From positions 6,283 to 70,282 of the forward strand of contig CAYVMA010000002.1 of assembly GCA_964452455.1 (NCBI GenBank): a stretch of DNA of 64,000 nt. Direction: 5' to 3'. The stretch comes from an uncultured Fervidobacterium sp. (GTDB lineage: Bacteria > Thermotogota > Thermotogae > Thermotogales > Fervidobacteriaceae). Under the pieces are notes generated by a model. That model worked only from the letters and a program-made list of their open reading frames with translations, was not told the DNA's origin and searched no databases. Every line of letters begins with the position of its first letter. Position 1 is the stretch's first letter. A program made the position numbers and the translations under genes. This document shows, in pieces, positions 46,414 to 57,331 of the stretch.

Positions 46414-48639
46414 CTATTTTCGTATTTCCATCTTATTTTCTGTTTGTTCAACAATTATTAAGTTTCCATAAGAATACACAATTTTTCCACCGTAAAGTGT
46501 AAAAGGTCCTGAGACTCGCAAATAATAATATCTTGGAAGGTGGTATCCAATAGGCAGCGAAACAGAAATGCTCCCTGATTCTTTTTTTATAATCGGACGT
46601 TCTTTAAAGAAAGTGTATATCACATCTCCACTTTCAGATGCCCATTGATTTCTAAGAAATGGGTAATACTGCTTCATGGTAGAAAGGAAGTTTCTCAGAC
46701 TCTCGTACATCTCTTTCCACGTCTTTCCATCAGGATTTCTATCTTTCGAGAACAGATCATCTGGGTGTAAGAAATACTGATAAGTTCCAAGTGACATAAG
46801 TGCTAAAACAGAATTAGCAATTAGTGTGTCTTCCGGATAATATCCATACGTAGTTCTTGGTACTACAACTACCTTGTCAAACAATATTTCAAACTCAGAA
46901 AGTGTATTTGCTCCCCTGTAGGTCGTCCCTATGACCTTTATACTTGGGAAGGACTTTAACAACTTTTCTACCCCGAACAAGTCTATTATGTTATCAGGCG
47001 CTACGTAACTATAAGGAATGTAACTTTTACCAAGTGTGTTCCTCAGGAATATCTTCAAAATAGATAAAACCAAATCTAATTGTTCTGCTGACCATCGGTC
47101 AGCTGTTAACGGAATATGATTGTAACCATGTATACCTATTTCGAAATTACTATTTAGTAGTTCTTTCAGCGCAAGCAGTTGTTGAGGCGTGTTTGTGTAT
47201 TCTTGGAAGCTGAACGGCCATGTTACAGATGCATTGTAGTTTGCAACAAAGAATGTCGTATATTTTATACCGAACTCTCTAGCTAATTGCTTCATCGCTG
47301 GCCACCATACGTTGTAATAGAATTCATTGTCCGTTATATCACCAAACTCCCTTGTGATTATATCCAACTTTCTTTTGTAGGCTGGTAATGGGAAATCATC
47401 AATGAACATTGACCAACTATTTACTATTGGTTGAATTGATATTGGAAGTTGTGACAAGATAACTTGGATGAGTAAACCTCGATATTCTTTCTTCAACAAA
47501 TCAAGTGGATAGAATATGACCTGGCCCAGTCCAAGGTTAATTTTCCACACAAGGCTGTCTTGCGATGAGGAAGTTATAAGATTTACTGCTCCACTTGGTG
47601 GCCTCTTCACGGAAATAGATTTTGAAAAGGGTAGTTTGTAATCTTTTGGCATTGGAAAAACATTGTTATCCACTATCAAATCTGGTATGTATTTTTGAAC
47701 ATCTCCCTTGCTAATTACAACCACGGTCCCACCATTTGTAGTATACTCCAATAATCTAGAGTCTGAAACAGGAAATATCCCGTTGACAAGAATTACTGCA
47801 TCGTAAATCGATAGAACCGGGACCACGGCACTTTTCCAATCGTAGCTTAAAAGCGTATAATCCAAAGCTTTCCTTAAATCTGCGTTATCCTGCCCAACCA
47901 CTAAAAACCTAAAAGTATCGTTATCACCGAAAAGGAGCTTTGATATTATTAAGTGTAAATTAAGTGTAACTTTTCCTTCGTCGTCGAAAAGGTAACTGTA
48001 GCTGATTAGCCCTCCCAAACTACTCAGGATAGCCATGTCGTATGTATTTTCATCCTCTGTCTCTATTTTAATCAAACTCTTTGCATACGGGCTTATCATT
48101 TTAAATCGCTCTACATCGCGTAAATTTTCGAATTTAAAACTTTCCGCAGCTGCGTATTCGTTGTCTATATTCACATTTAGTGGTTTTACCTTTTTCCAAC
48201 TGAAAGTGTAAGAAATGCCTAAAAGGTTGTAAACTGAGTTAATTTCAGCAAGCCCAGGATGATTTGAACCTGACGTATCGATAGTCGCACCCAAGTTGTT
48301 TACAATTAAAATTTTCCCGCCATTTATCAAAAAATGTGTGAGTTTTTCAAGGTATTTTTTTGCCTCCCTCATCTGAGGACTGTAATAGCATGTTATTATC
48401 AAATTGTACTGCTGAAGGTCCATGCTAGAAAAATCAACACCTTCTACATCGATAACATCGTAGCTTTCTATTAGTTCTTTCAAGACCGGTGCGAAGTATT
48501 TCAGTAAAATATTGTAACCATAGCCTTGTTCAGAACCTTTGTAAAGTAACAAAGCTTTCGCCTCTATGTTGGAAAACTCTATTACTGTCAGAAAAATCAA
48601 ACTGATAGTAAAAAGCCATTTTCTAAAAACTCTAAGCAT
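46414..48639 (-). CDS. Large exported protein with a polysaccharide-deacetylase-like C-terminal half (DUF2194-like, tentative).
   Basis: Signal anchor. Asp-Asp motif WSMFIDDFPLP and His-x-x-His-like motif GIHGYNHIPL resemble carbohydrate esterase family 4 metal-site motifs. There is an 8-nt overlap with the upstream glycosyltransferase gene. Confidence 0.5.
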   Translation of the reverse strand: MLRVFRKWLFTISLIFLTVIEFSNIEAKALLLYKGSEQGYGYNILLKYFAPVLKELIESYDVIDVEGVDFSSMDLQQYNLIITCYYSPQMREAKKYLEKLTHFLINGGKILIVNNLGATIDTSGSNHPGLAEINSVYNLLGISYTFSWKKVKPLNVNIDNEYAAAESFKFENLRDVERFKMISPYAKSLIKIETEDENTYDMAILSSLGGLISYSYLFDDEGKVTLNLHLIISKLLFGDNDTFRFLVVGQDNADLRKALDYTLLSYDWKSAVVPVLSIYDAVILVNGIFPVSDSRLLEYTTNGGTVVVISKGDVQKYIPDLIVDNNVFPMPKDYKLPFSKSISVKRPPSGAVNLITSSSQDSLVWKINLGLGQVIFYPLDLLKKEYRGLLIQVILSQLPISIQPIVNSWSMFIDDFPLPAYKRKLDIITREFGDITDNEFYYNVWWPAMKQLAREFGIKYTTFFVANYNASVTWPFSFQEYTNTPQQLLALKELLNSNFEIGIHGYNHIPLTADRWSAEQLDLVLSILKIFLRNTLGKSYIPYSYVAPDNIIDLFGVEKLLKSFPSIKVIGTTYRGANTLSEFEILFDKVVVVPRTTYGYYPEDTLIANSVLALMSLGTYQYFLHPDDLFSKDRNPDGKTWKEMYESLRNFLSTMKQYYPFLRNQWASESGDVIYTFFKERPIIKKESGSISVSLPIGYHLPRYYYLRVSGPFTLYGGKIVYSYGNLIIVEQTENKMEIRK

Positions 48640-50023
48640 TTCTTAAAACCTCCTCATAAAGTTGGCGGTAAGAATTTATCATGCGATCTAATGTGTACTT
48701 TTGACTTACCACGCGTCTGCCGTTTTGAGCGAAAGTCTCACGAAGAGCTTTGTCTTTAGCTAAAATAATTAGCTTTTCCGCCATAGCAACATAATCTTTT
48801 GGTTCCACCACAAAACCTGATTGTCCCTCTGGATCAAGTGCAATCTCAGGGCAGTTACCGACATTTGTAACAACAACAGGTAATCCCGCAGCCATAGCCT
48901 CTAACTGGACCAACGGCTGACCCTCGGATATGCTGCTCATCAATAACACATCCATCATTCCGTAGTAGTCGATTACATTGGCTTTACCTGTGAAGATAAC
49001 TTTTCCGCTTAAACCTAAAAGCTCAACAAGATTTACACACCTTTGATAATACTCTTCATCTTCATCAGTTGGTCCTATAATGTATAGTCGCGAATTTGGA
49101 ACTTCCTTGACTAACGCATCAAACGCCTTTATACCAGTTACCACATCCTTTATTGGAACCACCCTTCCAACCATTGCTACATTAAACGTATCATTTTCAA
49201 GTTTCCTTATAGTTGAGAATTTTTTAACGTCTATACCGTTAGGTATAACATGCATCTTTCTAAAATCAGCACCTAATTCGAATTGAAAGATTTGGTTTTT
49301 CTCAAAAAGGGTGGTCAAGGCATCACACTCTGCATAAGCGGTCTCACTGATAAGTTTAAAAATTTCTATCCAAGGTTTTTTATACACTTCTGGTACACTT
49401 TTCGATTTCGTAATTTCTATCTCCCTTTCCCTATGATATATACCGTGTTCCGTGACTATCAATTTCCCACCGTGATAATACTTTCCAGTGAGAGCGCTTA
49501 ACACAGCGTAACCTGTTGTGGTGGAATGGTAGATATCTGCTTTCGGAGGCAAGGCTTGGATTGCACCAAGAATGGGGATTATGAAACCTATGACAGTCCA
49601 GTAAAAGCCAGGAAAACCTTCTTCTTGAAAGTACCTGACGTATATGTCATTCAAAAAGTCCCAAAAAGTTTGGCTAAGTAACAAGTAATCAATGTGCTTA
49701 CCTGCAGTTGCCCTTAGAATGTTTGCAAAATGCTTAGCTCTTTCCTCTTTTAGTTCTATCAATTGTCTGACATATCTTACCAATTCTCCTTCATCAAAAG
49801 CGATATTTGTTTTCGAGAAGTCGCTTGAAAAGAGAAGGTATTCGTATATATATTTCAGATTCTTTGGTGGTTTATAACCAAAAGAACGTGTCCACTTCCA
49901 TGGAGCTAAGTGGACAACGTCAAACTCGATATCAGGCATATTTTCAATTAACATCTGTATCCAAGAGGAAACTCCTCCAGTTATGTACGGATAGGTTCCT
50001 TCAACCAAGATGCACACGCGCAT
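48632..50023 (-). CDS. PelF-like GT4 glycosyltransferase (DUF3492 N-domain plus GT-B C-domain).
   Basis: N-terminus MRVCILVEGTYPYITGGVSSWIQMLIENMP matches the characteristic PelF/DUF3492 start. The C-terminal EGQPLVQLEAMAAGLPVV is the GT4 EX7E region. Confidence 0.75.
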   Translation of the reverse strand: MRVCILVEGTYPYITGGVSSWIQMLIENMPDIEFDVVHLAPWKWTRSFGYKPPKNLKYIYEYLLFSSDFSKTNIAFDEGELVRYVRQLIELKEERAKHFANILRATAGKHIDYLLLSQTFWDFLNDIYVRYFQEEGFPGFYWTVIGFIIPILGAIQALPPKADIYHSTTTGYAVLSALTGKYYHGGKLIVTEHGIYHREREIEITKSKSVPEVYKKPWIEIFKLISETAYAECDALTTLFEKNQIFQFELGADFRKMHVIPNGIDVKKFSTIRKLENDTFNVAMVGRVVPIKDVVTGIKAFDALVKEVPNSRLYIIGPTDEDEEYYQRCVNLVELLGLSGKVIFTGKANVIDYYGMMDVLLMSSISEGQPLVQLEAMAAGLPVVVTNVGNCPEIALDPEGQSGFVVEPKDYVAMAEKLIILAKDKALRETFAQNGRRVVSQKYTLDRMINSYRQLYEEVLRNA

Positions 50024-50057
50024 AAAGCTGTTGTAACAACTTCGTAATCGAGAGACA

Positions 50058-50477
50058 TTAAGAAATCTCTATGATTTCAACCTCAAAGACAAGGTTCTTG
50101 CCTGCTAACGGATGATTGGCATCAAGAATTGCAACTTCATCACCAAGTTCTTCAACACGGACAACAAAAAAATTACCATCTGGTTGATGAACTTCAAGCA
50201 AATCTCCAACATTAACATCCTCAGGTAAGACGCTTCTTTGAACCGAGAATTTCAAATCATCTCTCACTGGTCCGTAGGCTTTTTCATAAGGTATTGTAAA
50301 CCTCTTTTTATCCCCAACTTCTAATCCCAGAATTTCCTCTTCGAAGCCTGGAATAACTTGTCCAGCACCTACAACAAATTCAAGCGGTTGTCTGCCGTAA
50401 GAACTGTCGAAAACTTGCCCGTCTTCAAACATACCTGTGTAATGGACCTTCACCTTGTCACCACTTTTAATACCCAT
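50058..50477 (-). CDS. FKBP-type peptidyl-prolyl cis-trans isomerase (SlyD-like, without a His-rich tail).
   Basis: VKVHYTGMFEDGQVFDSS...PLEFVVGAGQVIPGFEE with an insert-in-flap region. Confidence 0.85.
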   Translation of the reverse strand: MGIKSGDKVKVHYTGMFEDGQVFDSSYGRQPLEFVVGAGQVIPGFEEEILGLEVGDKKRFTIPYEKAYGPVRDDLKFSVQRSVLPEDVNVGDLLEVHQPDGNFFVVRVEELGDEVAILDANHPLAGKNLVFEVEIIEIS

Positions 50478-50520
50478 GAATAATCACATCCTTCTAAAAA
50501 AATTAAGGTAACATATCTCA

Positions 50521-50529
50521 ATTATATCA
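50521..50529 (-). promoter_or_regulatory. Candidate extended -10 element (TGaTATAAT) upstream of the FKBP gene.
   Basis: Reverse complement of attatatca, about 44 nt upstream of the start. Confidence 0.4.
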
Positions 50530-50659
50530 CAAAATTAAGAAAAGAAGACTTTAAGTCTAAAATCACTCTCAGGATATGAATTTTTTAGCTTTTTCTAAGT
50601 CTTTTTTCAATCAACCTTCGACATCACGTTGTGTAAAAAATATGCCATCCCCTCTCATT

Positions 50660-51982
50660 TTACTTGCCTGAATTAAACCTTCCTCTTGACAATCGGGTGT
50701 TATGGAAATGCACACTAACTTTTGTATTCTTGGTCCTTTTAGAACGCCTATAAGTGAAATAATACCTTCTTTGATATGTCCTTCCTTCTCTTACGTTCTC
50801 TTCTTTCTTTAACTCCTTGCTAGATGTAGTTTCGTTTTGAGAGAGTTTGTACATTAAATAAAAAGCAAGTAATGTTATCAGAGTGTTGGATAAGTAGAAG
50901 AAACCTGATACAAAGAAGAGTTTGTTATAGTCTGTTACCCCGCTTTTCGACAAACTTGCGAAAAGTTGTGCTGATGAAGCTCTCATGACGTTATTAAGAA
51001 AGTAGCTAAGTCCTGAATAGGTTGCTAAACTTGCTTTTGGAAGGTAAGATAAACAGAAAACCATATACATTGGTGTTGAAATGTTTATTAGCACATACCT
51101 GAGTACGTAAGCAACGCTAAAAACAAAGGAGTTTAGCGTAAATAATGACATCATAAATATAAGCAATGTAACACCGAGATATATCAAGAATAAAGTTAAT
51201 TTGTACCCATATTTAGCCGTTAGTTTGTGTGAAAACAACGATGTTGCTGCAGTTGATAACTGGGATACAGCAAGAACCGTTGTAATTGCCAACGTTGAGA
51301 ACTTGAACAAATCGTAAAATATAACATTTCCAAAGTTTATAAAGACCCCAGCCGCAAGACTTACCAAAGCACCGGAAAGCAAATAGTAAATGAGCATTGT
51401 TCTTTGAGTTCTTGTAAGACTTTGTTTCTTTTTTCTTTTCTTACTGACCTTAACGTTCGGAAACGCAAAAACTGGAGCAATAGAGACAAGAGCTAATATC
51501 ATTGACAAAACAAGCGTGGGAAAAATTCCTAGCGACTTTCCAAGCACCCCCGCTCCAAAGTAACCAATTACACCTGTTAGAAGAACTATCGCAAAGTTTA
51601 TATTTGAATTTCTCAGCCTCTTTTTTTCATCAGAATGTTCTATTACAGTTATAGTTGGCATGATAATAGAGGTATCAAAGAAACCGAAAAGGAACGAAAC
51701 AAAATACAACCATCCTATTACGCCAACATTCAGAAGACGCAACAGCCCAAATAACGTATAGATGGGCATCGTAAGAAGGATAGTCTTTTTTCTTCCAATT
51801 CTATCAGATAAGCTAGCAAAGAGGAAACCACCAAAAGCAAGTCCCCAAGAATAATAGAACGTTGCGGTCCCAATAACTTGGTTAGTAATTCCGTTTTCTT
51901 TTAAGTATAGGTTAAAAAGTGCGGTGTAAAATGCTCTGGACAGCCCCACAAGGAATGTGTAAGTATTAACAAGCCATATCAA
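50660..51982 (-). CDS. MFS transporter with an unusually basic C-terminal tail.
   Basis: 12-TM pattern and an SDRIGRKK loop. I moved the start to the TTG at 51982, 6 nt after GGGGGGA. The ORF-track GTG at 52078 lies only 7 nt from a TGGTATAAT -10 element. Confidence 0.7.
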   Translation of the reverse strand: MIWLVNTYTFLVGLSRAFYTALFNLYLKENGITNQVIGTATFYYSWGLAFGGFLFASLSDRIGRKKTILLTMPIYTLFGLLRLLNVGVIGWLYFVSFLFGFFDTSIIMPTITVIEHSDEKKRLRNSNINFAIVLLTGVIGYFGAGVLGKSLGIFPTLVLSMILALVSIAPVFAFPNVKVSKKRKKKQSLTRTQRTMLIYYLLSGALVSLAAGVFINFGNVIFYDLFKFSTLAITTVLAVSQLSTAATSLFSHKLTAKYGYKLTLFLIYLGVTLLIFMMSLFTLNSFVFSVAYVLRYVLINISTPMYMVFCLSYLPKASLATYSGLSYFLNNVMRASSAQLFASLSKSGVTDYNKLFFVSGFFYLSNTLITLLAFYLMYKLSQNETTSSKELKKEENVREGRTYQRRYYFTYRRSKRTKNTKVSVHFHNTRLSRGRFNSGK

Positions 51983-52085
51983 AAGACTTCCCCCCGAAAA
52001 ATGTTTTGATAAGCACTCGCAAAATGCTTCGGCTTTATTAATTAATTCGGTGAATATAAAGCATGATAAATAGAACACATTCTAA

Positions 52086-52094
52086 ATTATACCA
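52086..52094 (-). promoter_or_regulatory. Candidate extended -10 element (TGGTATAAT) for the MFS gene.
   Basis: Reverse complement of attataccа read directly at 52086-52094. Confidence 0.4.
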
Positions 52095-52224
52095 CTACAC
52101 GCCGAGTAATTTATATTTCTTTTCTGTAACAAAAATCATGTGTGTTAAGTAAACACATACATTGTCTGATACCTAAAATTCATATACAATTTCCATTTTT
52201 GTTACTTTAGTATTGTCCAGTTAA

Positions 52225-52252
52225 TTGATTTTTTTGCTCGAAGCTGTATTAT
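52225..52252 (+). promoter_or_regulatory. Candidate promoter of the ffh operon (TTGATT, 16-nt spacer, TATTAT).
   Basis: The motif was read directly, about 30 nt upstream of the ffh ATG. Confidence 0.35.
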
Positions 52253-52283
52253 ATTTTCTGTACGACTTCGGTGGGGTGATTTT

Positions 52284-53588
52284 ATGTTTGAAGGTTTGAG
52301 AGATAAGCTATCAAATGCTTTTAAGGTGTTATCTGGGAAAGGTAAAATTACTGAAAAAAATATAGAAGAAGCGATACAAATTGTGAAAACATCGCTTCTT
52401 GCTGCTGATGTTAATTACAAAGTTGTCAAAGAGTTCGTTGAGAATGTAAAAAAGCGTGCACTTGGTGAGGAAGTTTTAAAATCACTGACACCGGATCAGA
52501 TGTTTATTAAAATTGTCAGGGATGAATTGATAAAACTACTTGGAGAAAGAGAACCTTTCAGGCTTATCCATCTTCCTTCCTACGTTATGATGGTAGGTTT
52601 GCAAGGTACAGGAAAAACAACAAGCGCTGCAAAAATTGCTAATTACCTAAAAAAACAAGGCAAACACCCGATTTTAGTGGCAGCAGACACTTACAGGCCA
52701 GCGGCAATTGACCAACTTGAAACTTTAGGAAAGAAGATAGGTGTCCCTGTAATCACCGGAGACAGGAAAAACGCACTGAAAATAGTCGAAGAAGCTATAA
52801 AGACTGTTAAAGATAGTGGATATGATGTAGTAATCCTCGATACAGCTGGACGTTTGCACATAGATGATGAAATGATGGAAGAACTCGAAAAGATAAAGGC
52901 AATGGTAAACCCAGACGAGATACTCTTAACTGTTGATGCAATGGCTGGACAAGATGCTGTAAATTCAGCCAAAGTTTTCAACGAAAGACTAAACATAACA
53001 GGTTTCGTCATTACAAAGTTGGATGGTGATTCACGCGGTGGTGTGATACTTACTATCAGATACATTACAGGTAAACCTGTCAAGTTTGTCGGTGTTGGTG
53101 AAAAAATCGACGATTTCGACGAATTTTATCCAGACAGAATAGCGAACCGTATCCTTGGTCTGGGCGATGTGCTTTCTTTGATTGAAAAAGTTGAGCGTGA
53201 ACTTGACCAAGAAAAGATGCAAAAAATGGGCGAAAAATTTATGAGAGCCGAGTTCACGCTTGAAGACTTCAGAGAACAGATAAAAGAGATAAAAAAGCTA
53301 GGGATTGAAAAAATTCTCGAAGCGTTACCTGGAACACCAGATATTGACCTAAGCACCAGCGAAAAGGAACTGAAAAAAATTGAAGCGATAATCAACTCAA
53401 TGACCCCAGAGGAAAGGAACAATCCGGCTATTTTGAACGCCAGTAGGAAAAAAAGGATAGCGATGGGAAGCGGAACAACCGTTCAAGATATAAACAAACT
53501 ACTGAAATCATACGAAGAAATGAAAAAGTTAATGAAAATGATGAAGAAGGGAAAATTACCATTTGGCCTTCGAGGTTTGAAGTTTTAA
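52284..53588 (+). CDS. ffh: Signal recognition particle protein Ffh.
   Basis: GLQGTGKTTSAAK, DTAGR and TKLDGD motifs, plus the Met-rich M-domain. Confidence 0.95.
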   Translation: MFEGLRDKLSNAFKVLSGKGKITEKNIEEAIQIVKTSLLAADVNYKVVKEFVENVKKRALGEEVLKSLTPDQMFIKIVRDELIKLLGEREPFRLIHLPSYVMMVGLQGTGKTTSAAKIANYLKKQGKHPILVAADTYRPAAIDQLETLGKKIGVPVITGDRKNALKIVEEAIKTVKDSGYDVVILDTAGRLHIDDEMMEELEKIKAMVNPDEILLTVDAMAGQDAVNSAKVFNERLNITGFVITKLDGDSRGGVILTIRYITGKPVKFVGVGEKIDDFDEFYPDRIANRILGLGDVLSLIEKVERELDQEKMQKMGEKFMRAEFTLEDFREQIKEIKKLGIEKILEALPGTPDIDLSTSEKELKKIEAIINSMTPEERNNPAILNASRKKRIAMGSGTTVQDINKLLKSYEEMKKLMKMMKKGKLPFGLRGLKF

Positions 53589-53640
53589 GAAAATACAATT
53601 CAGTAAATCTCATCACAAAAGAACTTAGGAGGTGTTGTTA

Positions 53641-53916
53641 GTGGTAAGGATTAGACTTACACGCATGGGAAAGAAGAAACAACCATTCTACAGAATCGTT
53701 GTTGTTGATCAGAGGAAAAAAAGAGACGGAGCTTACATTGAAAGTCTTGGTTACTACAACCCACTTAAAGAACCTTACGAAGTTAAGGTTGATATCGACA
53801 GAGCTGTTGAATGGATGCTGAAAGGTGCACAACCAAGCGAAACTGTTTCTAAACTGCTTGGTAAGTTAGGCCTCTATGAAAAACTTGAAGCTGCCAAAGC
53901 CAAGAAGGAGGCATAA
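53641..53916 (+). CDS. rpsP: 30S ribosomal protein S16.
   Basis: [23 protein letters not shown] at 53641 lies 6 nt after AGGAGGTG. Confidence 0.95.
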   Translation: MVRIRLTRMGKKKQPFYRIVVVDQRKKRDGAYIESLGYYNPLKEPYEVKVDIDRAVEWMLKGAQPSETVSKLLGKLGLYEKLEAAKAKKEA

Positions 53917-53918
53917 GT

Positions 53919-54143
53919 GTGAAGGATTTTCTTGAGTACGTCCTCAAATCGATAGCTAAACATCCAGATGATGTAGTAGTCGTTGAATACACAGAGGACG
54001 GAAAAAAGGTTTTCGATATTTCGGTGCATCCAGAGGATGTAGGTCAGATTATCGGCAAGGACGGGCGAACTATTAAATCAATCAAAATTTTGTTGTCTGC
54101 TATGGCCGATGATTCTGACTTCATCCTGAAGGTGATAAGATGA
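53919..54143 (+). CDS. KH-domain RNA-binding protein (UPF0109/YlqC).
   Basis: GQIIGKDGRTIKSIKILL KH motif, in the conserved position between rpsP and rimM. Confidence 0.85.
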   Translation: MKDFLEYVLKSIAKHPDDVVVVEYTEDGKKVFDISVHPEDVGQIIGKDGRTIKSIKILLSAMADDSDFILKVIR

Positions 54144-54669
54144 TGAAAAGAGTTGAAGAGTTACTGAAAGACAAGGTGGCCCTTGGTGTGTTAAGCAATA
54201 CCCATGGGCTGAAAGGCGACCTAAAACTGCATCTTTTTACAAACATGCCAGAGCTTGTTTCAAAACTCACGGAAGTCGTTGCTTACAACGAGTCTCAGAA
54301 AAAATTCGCTTATATACGCATTGAAACCAGCAGAAGAGCCCATGACTATTACATAGTCCACATAGCTGGTGTCAACACCATATCCGAGGCGGAAAAACTC
54401 AAAGGTTTTGTCTTGTATGTTGATAAGTCGTTCTTCCCAAAATCAAAAGACGGCGAATACTACTTTTTCGAACTTTTTGATTGCGAGGTTATAGATGAAA
54501 ACGGGAACTCCGTTGGCATCGTGGAAGATGTGATAGAAACAGGGAACAATGATGTAATAGTAGTAAAGAAAGGTAAAGAAGAGGTTCTCATACCAGTTAT
54601 CGAAAGGTATGTTACAAAGATAGATAAAGAGGCAAAGAAGATTCATGTGAAGATGCCGGAGTGGTTGGA

Positions 54670-54673
<4 letters not shown>
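54140..54673 (+). CDS. rimM: 16S rRNA processing protein RimM.
   Basis: GVLSNTHGLKGDLKL and the C-terminal PRC-barrel region (ILIPVIERYV), in operon context. Confidence 0.9.
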
Positions 54674-55984
<1,311 letters not shown>

Positions 55985-56008
55985 GAATTTGAAAAGGAGG
56001 TTATACAT

Positions 56009-56356
56009 ATGAGCATGGACAACCTTGTTAGAATCATCGAGAAAAGTCAACTGAAAGAAGTTCCAGAGTTCAGACCTGGGGATACTGTAAGAGTTCATGT
56101 CAAAGTAAAAGAAGGAGACAAGGAAAGAGTTCAGGCTTACGAAGGTATAGTTATTGCCATCAGAGGTTCCGGTATCAGCAAAACATTCACGGTCAGAAGA
56201 ATCGCTGCAGGTGGTATCGGAGTCGAAAGAATTTTCCCACTTTACGCTCCTACCATCGAGAAGATAGAGGTTCTCAGAAAAGGTCGTGTAAGAAGGGCAA
56301 AACTCTATTACCTCAGAAATATCAAGGGTAAGGTGAAGATTAAGGAGAGAAAATAA
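56009..56356 (+). CDS. rplS: 50S ribosomal protein L19.
   Basis: [32 protein letters not shown]...RRAKLYYLR. Confidence 0.95.
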   Translation: MSMDNLVRIIEKSQLKEVPEFRPGDTVRVHVKVKEGDKERVQAYEGIVIAIRGSGISKTFTVRRIAAGGIGVERIFPLYAPTIEKIEVLRKGRVRRAKLYYLRNIKGKVKIKERK

Positions 56357-56357
56357 A

Positions 56358-57260
56358 ATGCCCTCAAAGAAAAAATCTGAGAACAACAAACTGAATAAAG
56401 GGAAGAATTTAGCAAAGGAGATAGTCATAACACTTATATACGCTATCGTTGCCGCAACAATCATAAGGGTCTTTGTATTTGAAACGATGCTTGTTCCCAC
56501 TCCATCAATGGTCCCCACAATAAATGTGGGGGACCGTCTTTTTGTTGAGAAGATAACGTATTCTGCACGTGAACCTGAAGTTGGCGAAATTGTCGTCTTT
56601 TATACTCCGTTCCCGGATGAACGCGCTCAGCAAATGCTTAGAGCATTTGATAAATTCATGGATTTATTCACACCAAGGCAGTTCAAAGGCTCGGTAAAGT
56701 ATGTGAAAAGGTTGGTGGCGAAAGAAGGAGACGTAATAACTTTGAAAGAAGTGGACGGAAACTGGAAGCTGTTCGTCAACGGCCAGATACCTGAGCATTT
56801 AAAAGATGTTAATTACACTAGAGAGGGCATTTTTAGATATCCAAAGCTGTGGGAATACCTAGCTGAAGCGAGTAAGTATAAGAACGATAAAACCCAGTAC
56901 AAAAATTTTCTTTTCGAACTCGCGTCTAAAGAAGGAACAGAGCTAACCAATATTGTCTTTAGTATCTTAGGTGGACTTGATCCCGTGCCCTACGGTATAG
57001 ATTACACGGTTTTTGTAGACCGATATCTGCAACCGAATGGTATAAAACTTTCGGACTATGTATGGGAAGAAAACGGACAGGTATATGTGAAAATTCCTGA
57101 TGGTTTCTATTTCTTTATGGGAGATAATGCTTCTCAAAGTTTAGACAGCAGGTATTTCGGTTTTGTTCCAAAAGACTGCGTTGTTGGTAGGCCTATTTTG
57201 AGAGTGTGGCCGTTCAAAGCTTTTGGTCCCATCCAGCCGTTAGTAGAGATTAAAAAGTAA
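56358..57260 (+). CDS. lepB: Signal peptidase I.
   Basis: VPTPSMVPTINVGD (catalytic Ser box), VKRLVAKEGD (Lys box) and GDNASQSLDSRYFG. Confidence 0.9.
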   Translation: MPSKKKSENNKLNKGKNLAKEIVITLIYAIVAATIIRVFVFETMLVPTPSMVPTINVGDRLFVEKITYSAREPEVGEIVVFYTPFPDERAQQMLRAFDKFMDLFTPRQFKGSVKYVKRLVAKEGDVITLKEVDGNWKLFVNGQIPEHLKDVNYTREGIFRYPKLWEYLAEASKYKNDKTQYKNFLFELASKEGTELTNIVFSILGGLDPVPYGIDYTVFVDRYLQPNGIKLSDYVWEENGQVYVKIPDGFYFFMGDNASQSLDSRYFGFVPKDCVVGRPILRVWPFKAFGPIQPLVEIKK

Positions 57261-57278
57261 GTATGTATAAATAAAAAA

Positions 57279-57310
57279 GCGGGGAGGAACACAAACCATC
57301 CCGCTTTTTT
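57279..57310. terminator. Bidirectional terminator between lepB and the convergent LPP20-like gene.
   Basis: A6-GCGGGG...CCCGC-T6ATTTTTT. The stem is short with a loop of about 14 nt. Confidence 0.5.
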
Positions 57311-57331
57311 ATTTTTTGCTTTTGCACTTGA

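Noticed and set aside
52138-52158. Hairpin ATGTGTGTT-aagta-AACACAT in the MFS/ffh divergent region, considered as an operator or small RNA.
   Set aside because: The stem is short and AT/GT-rich (7-8 bp including a wobble pair), with no flanking promoter or terminator logic and no second copy. There is not enough evidence to call a feature.
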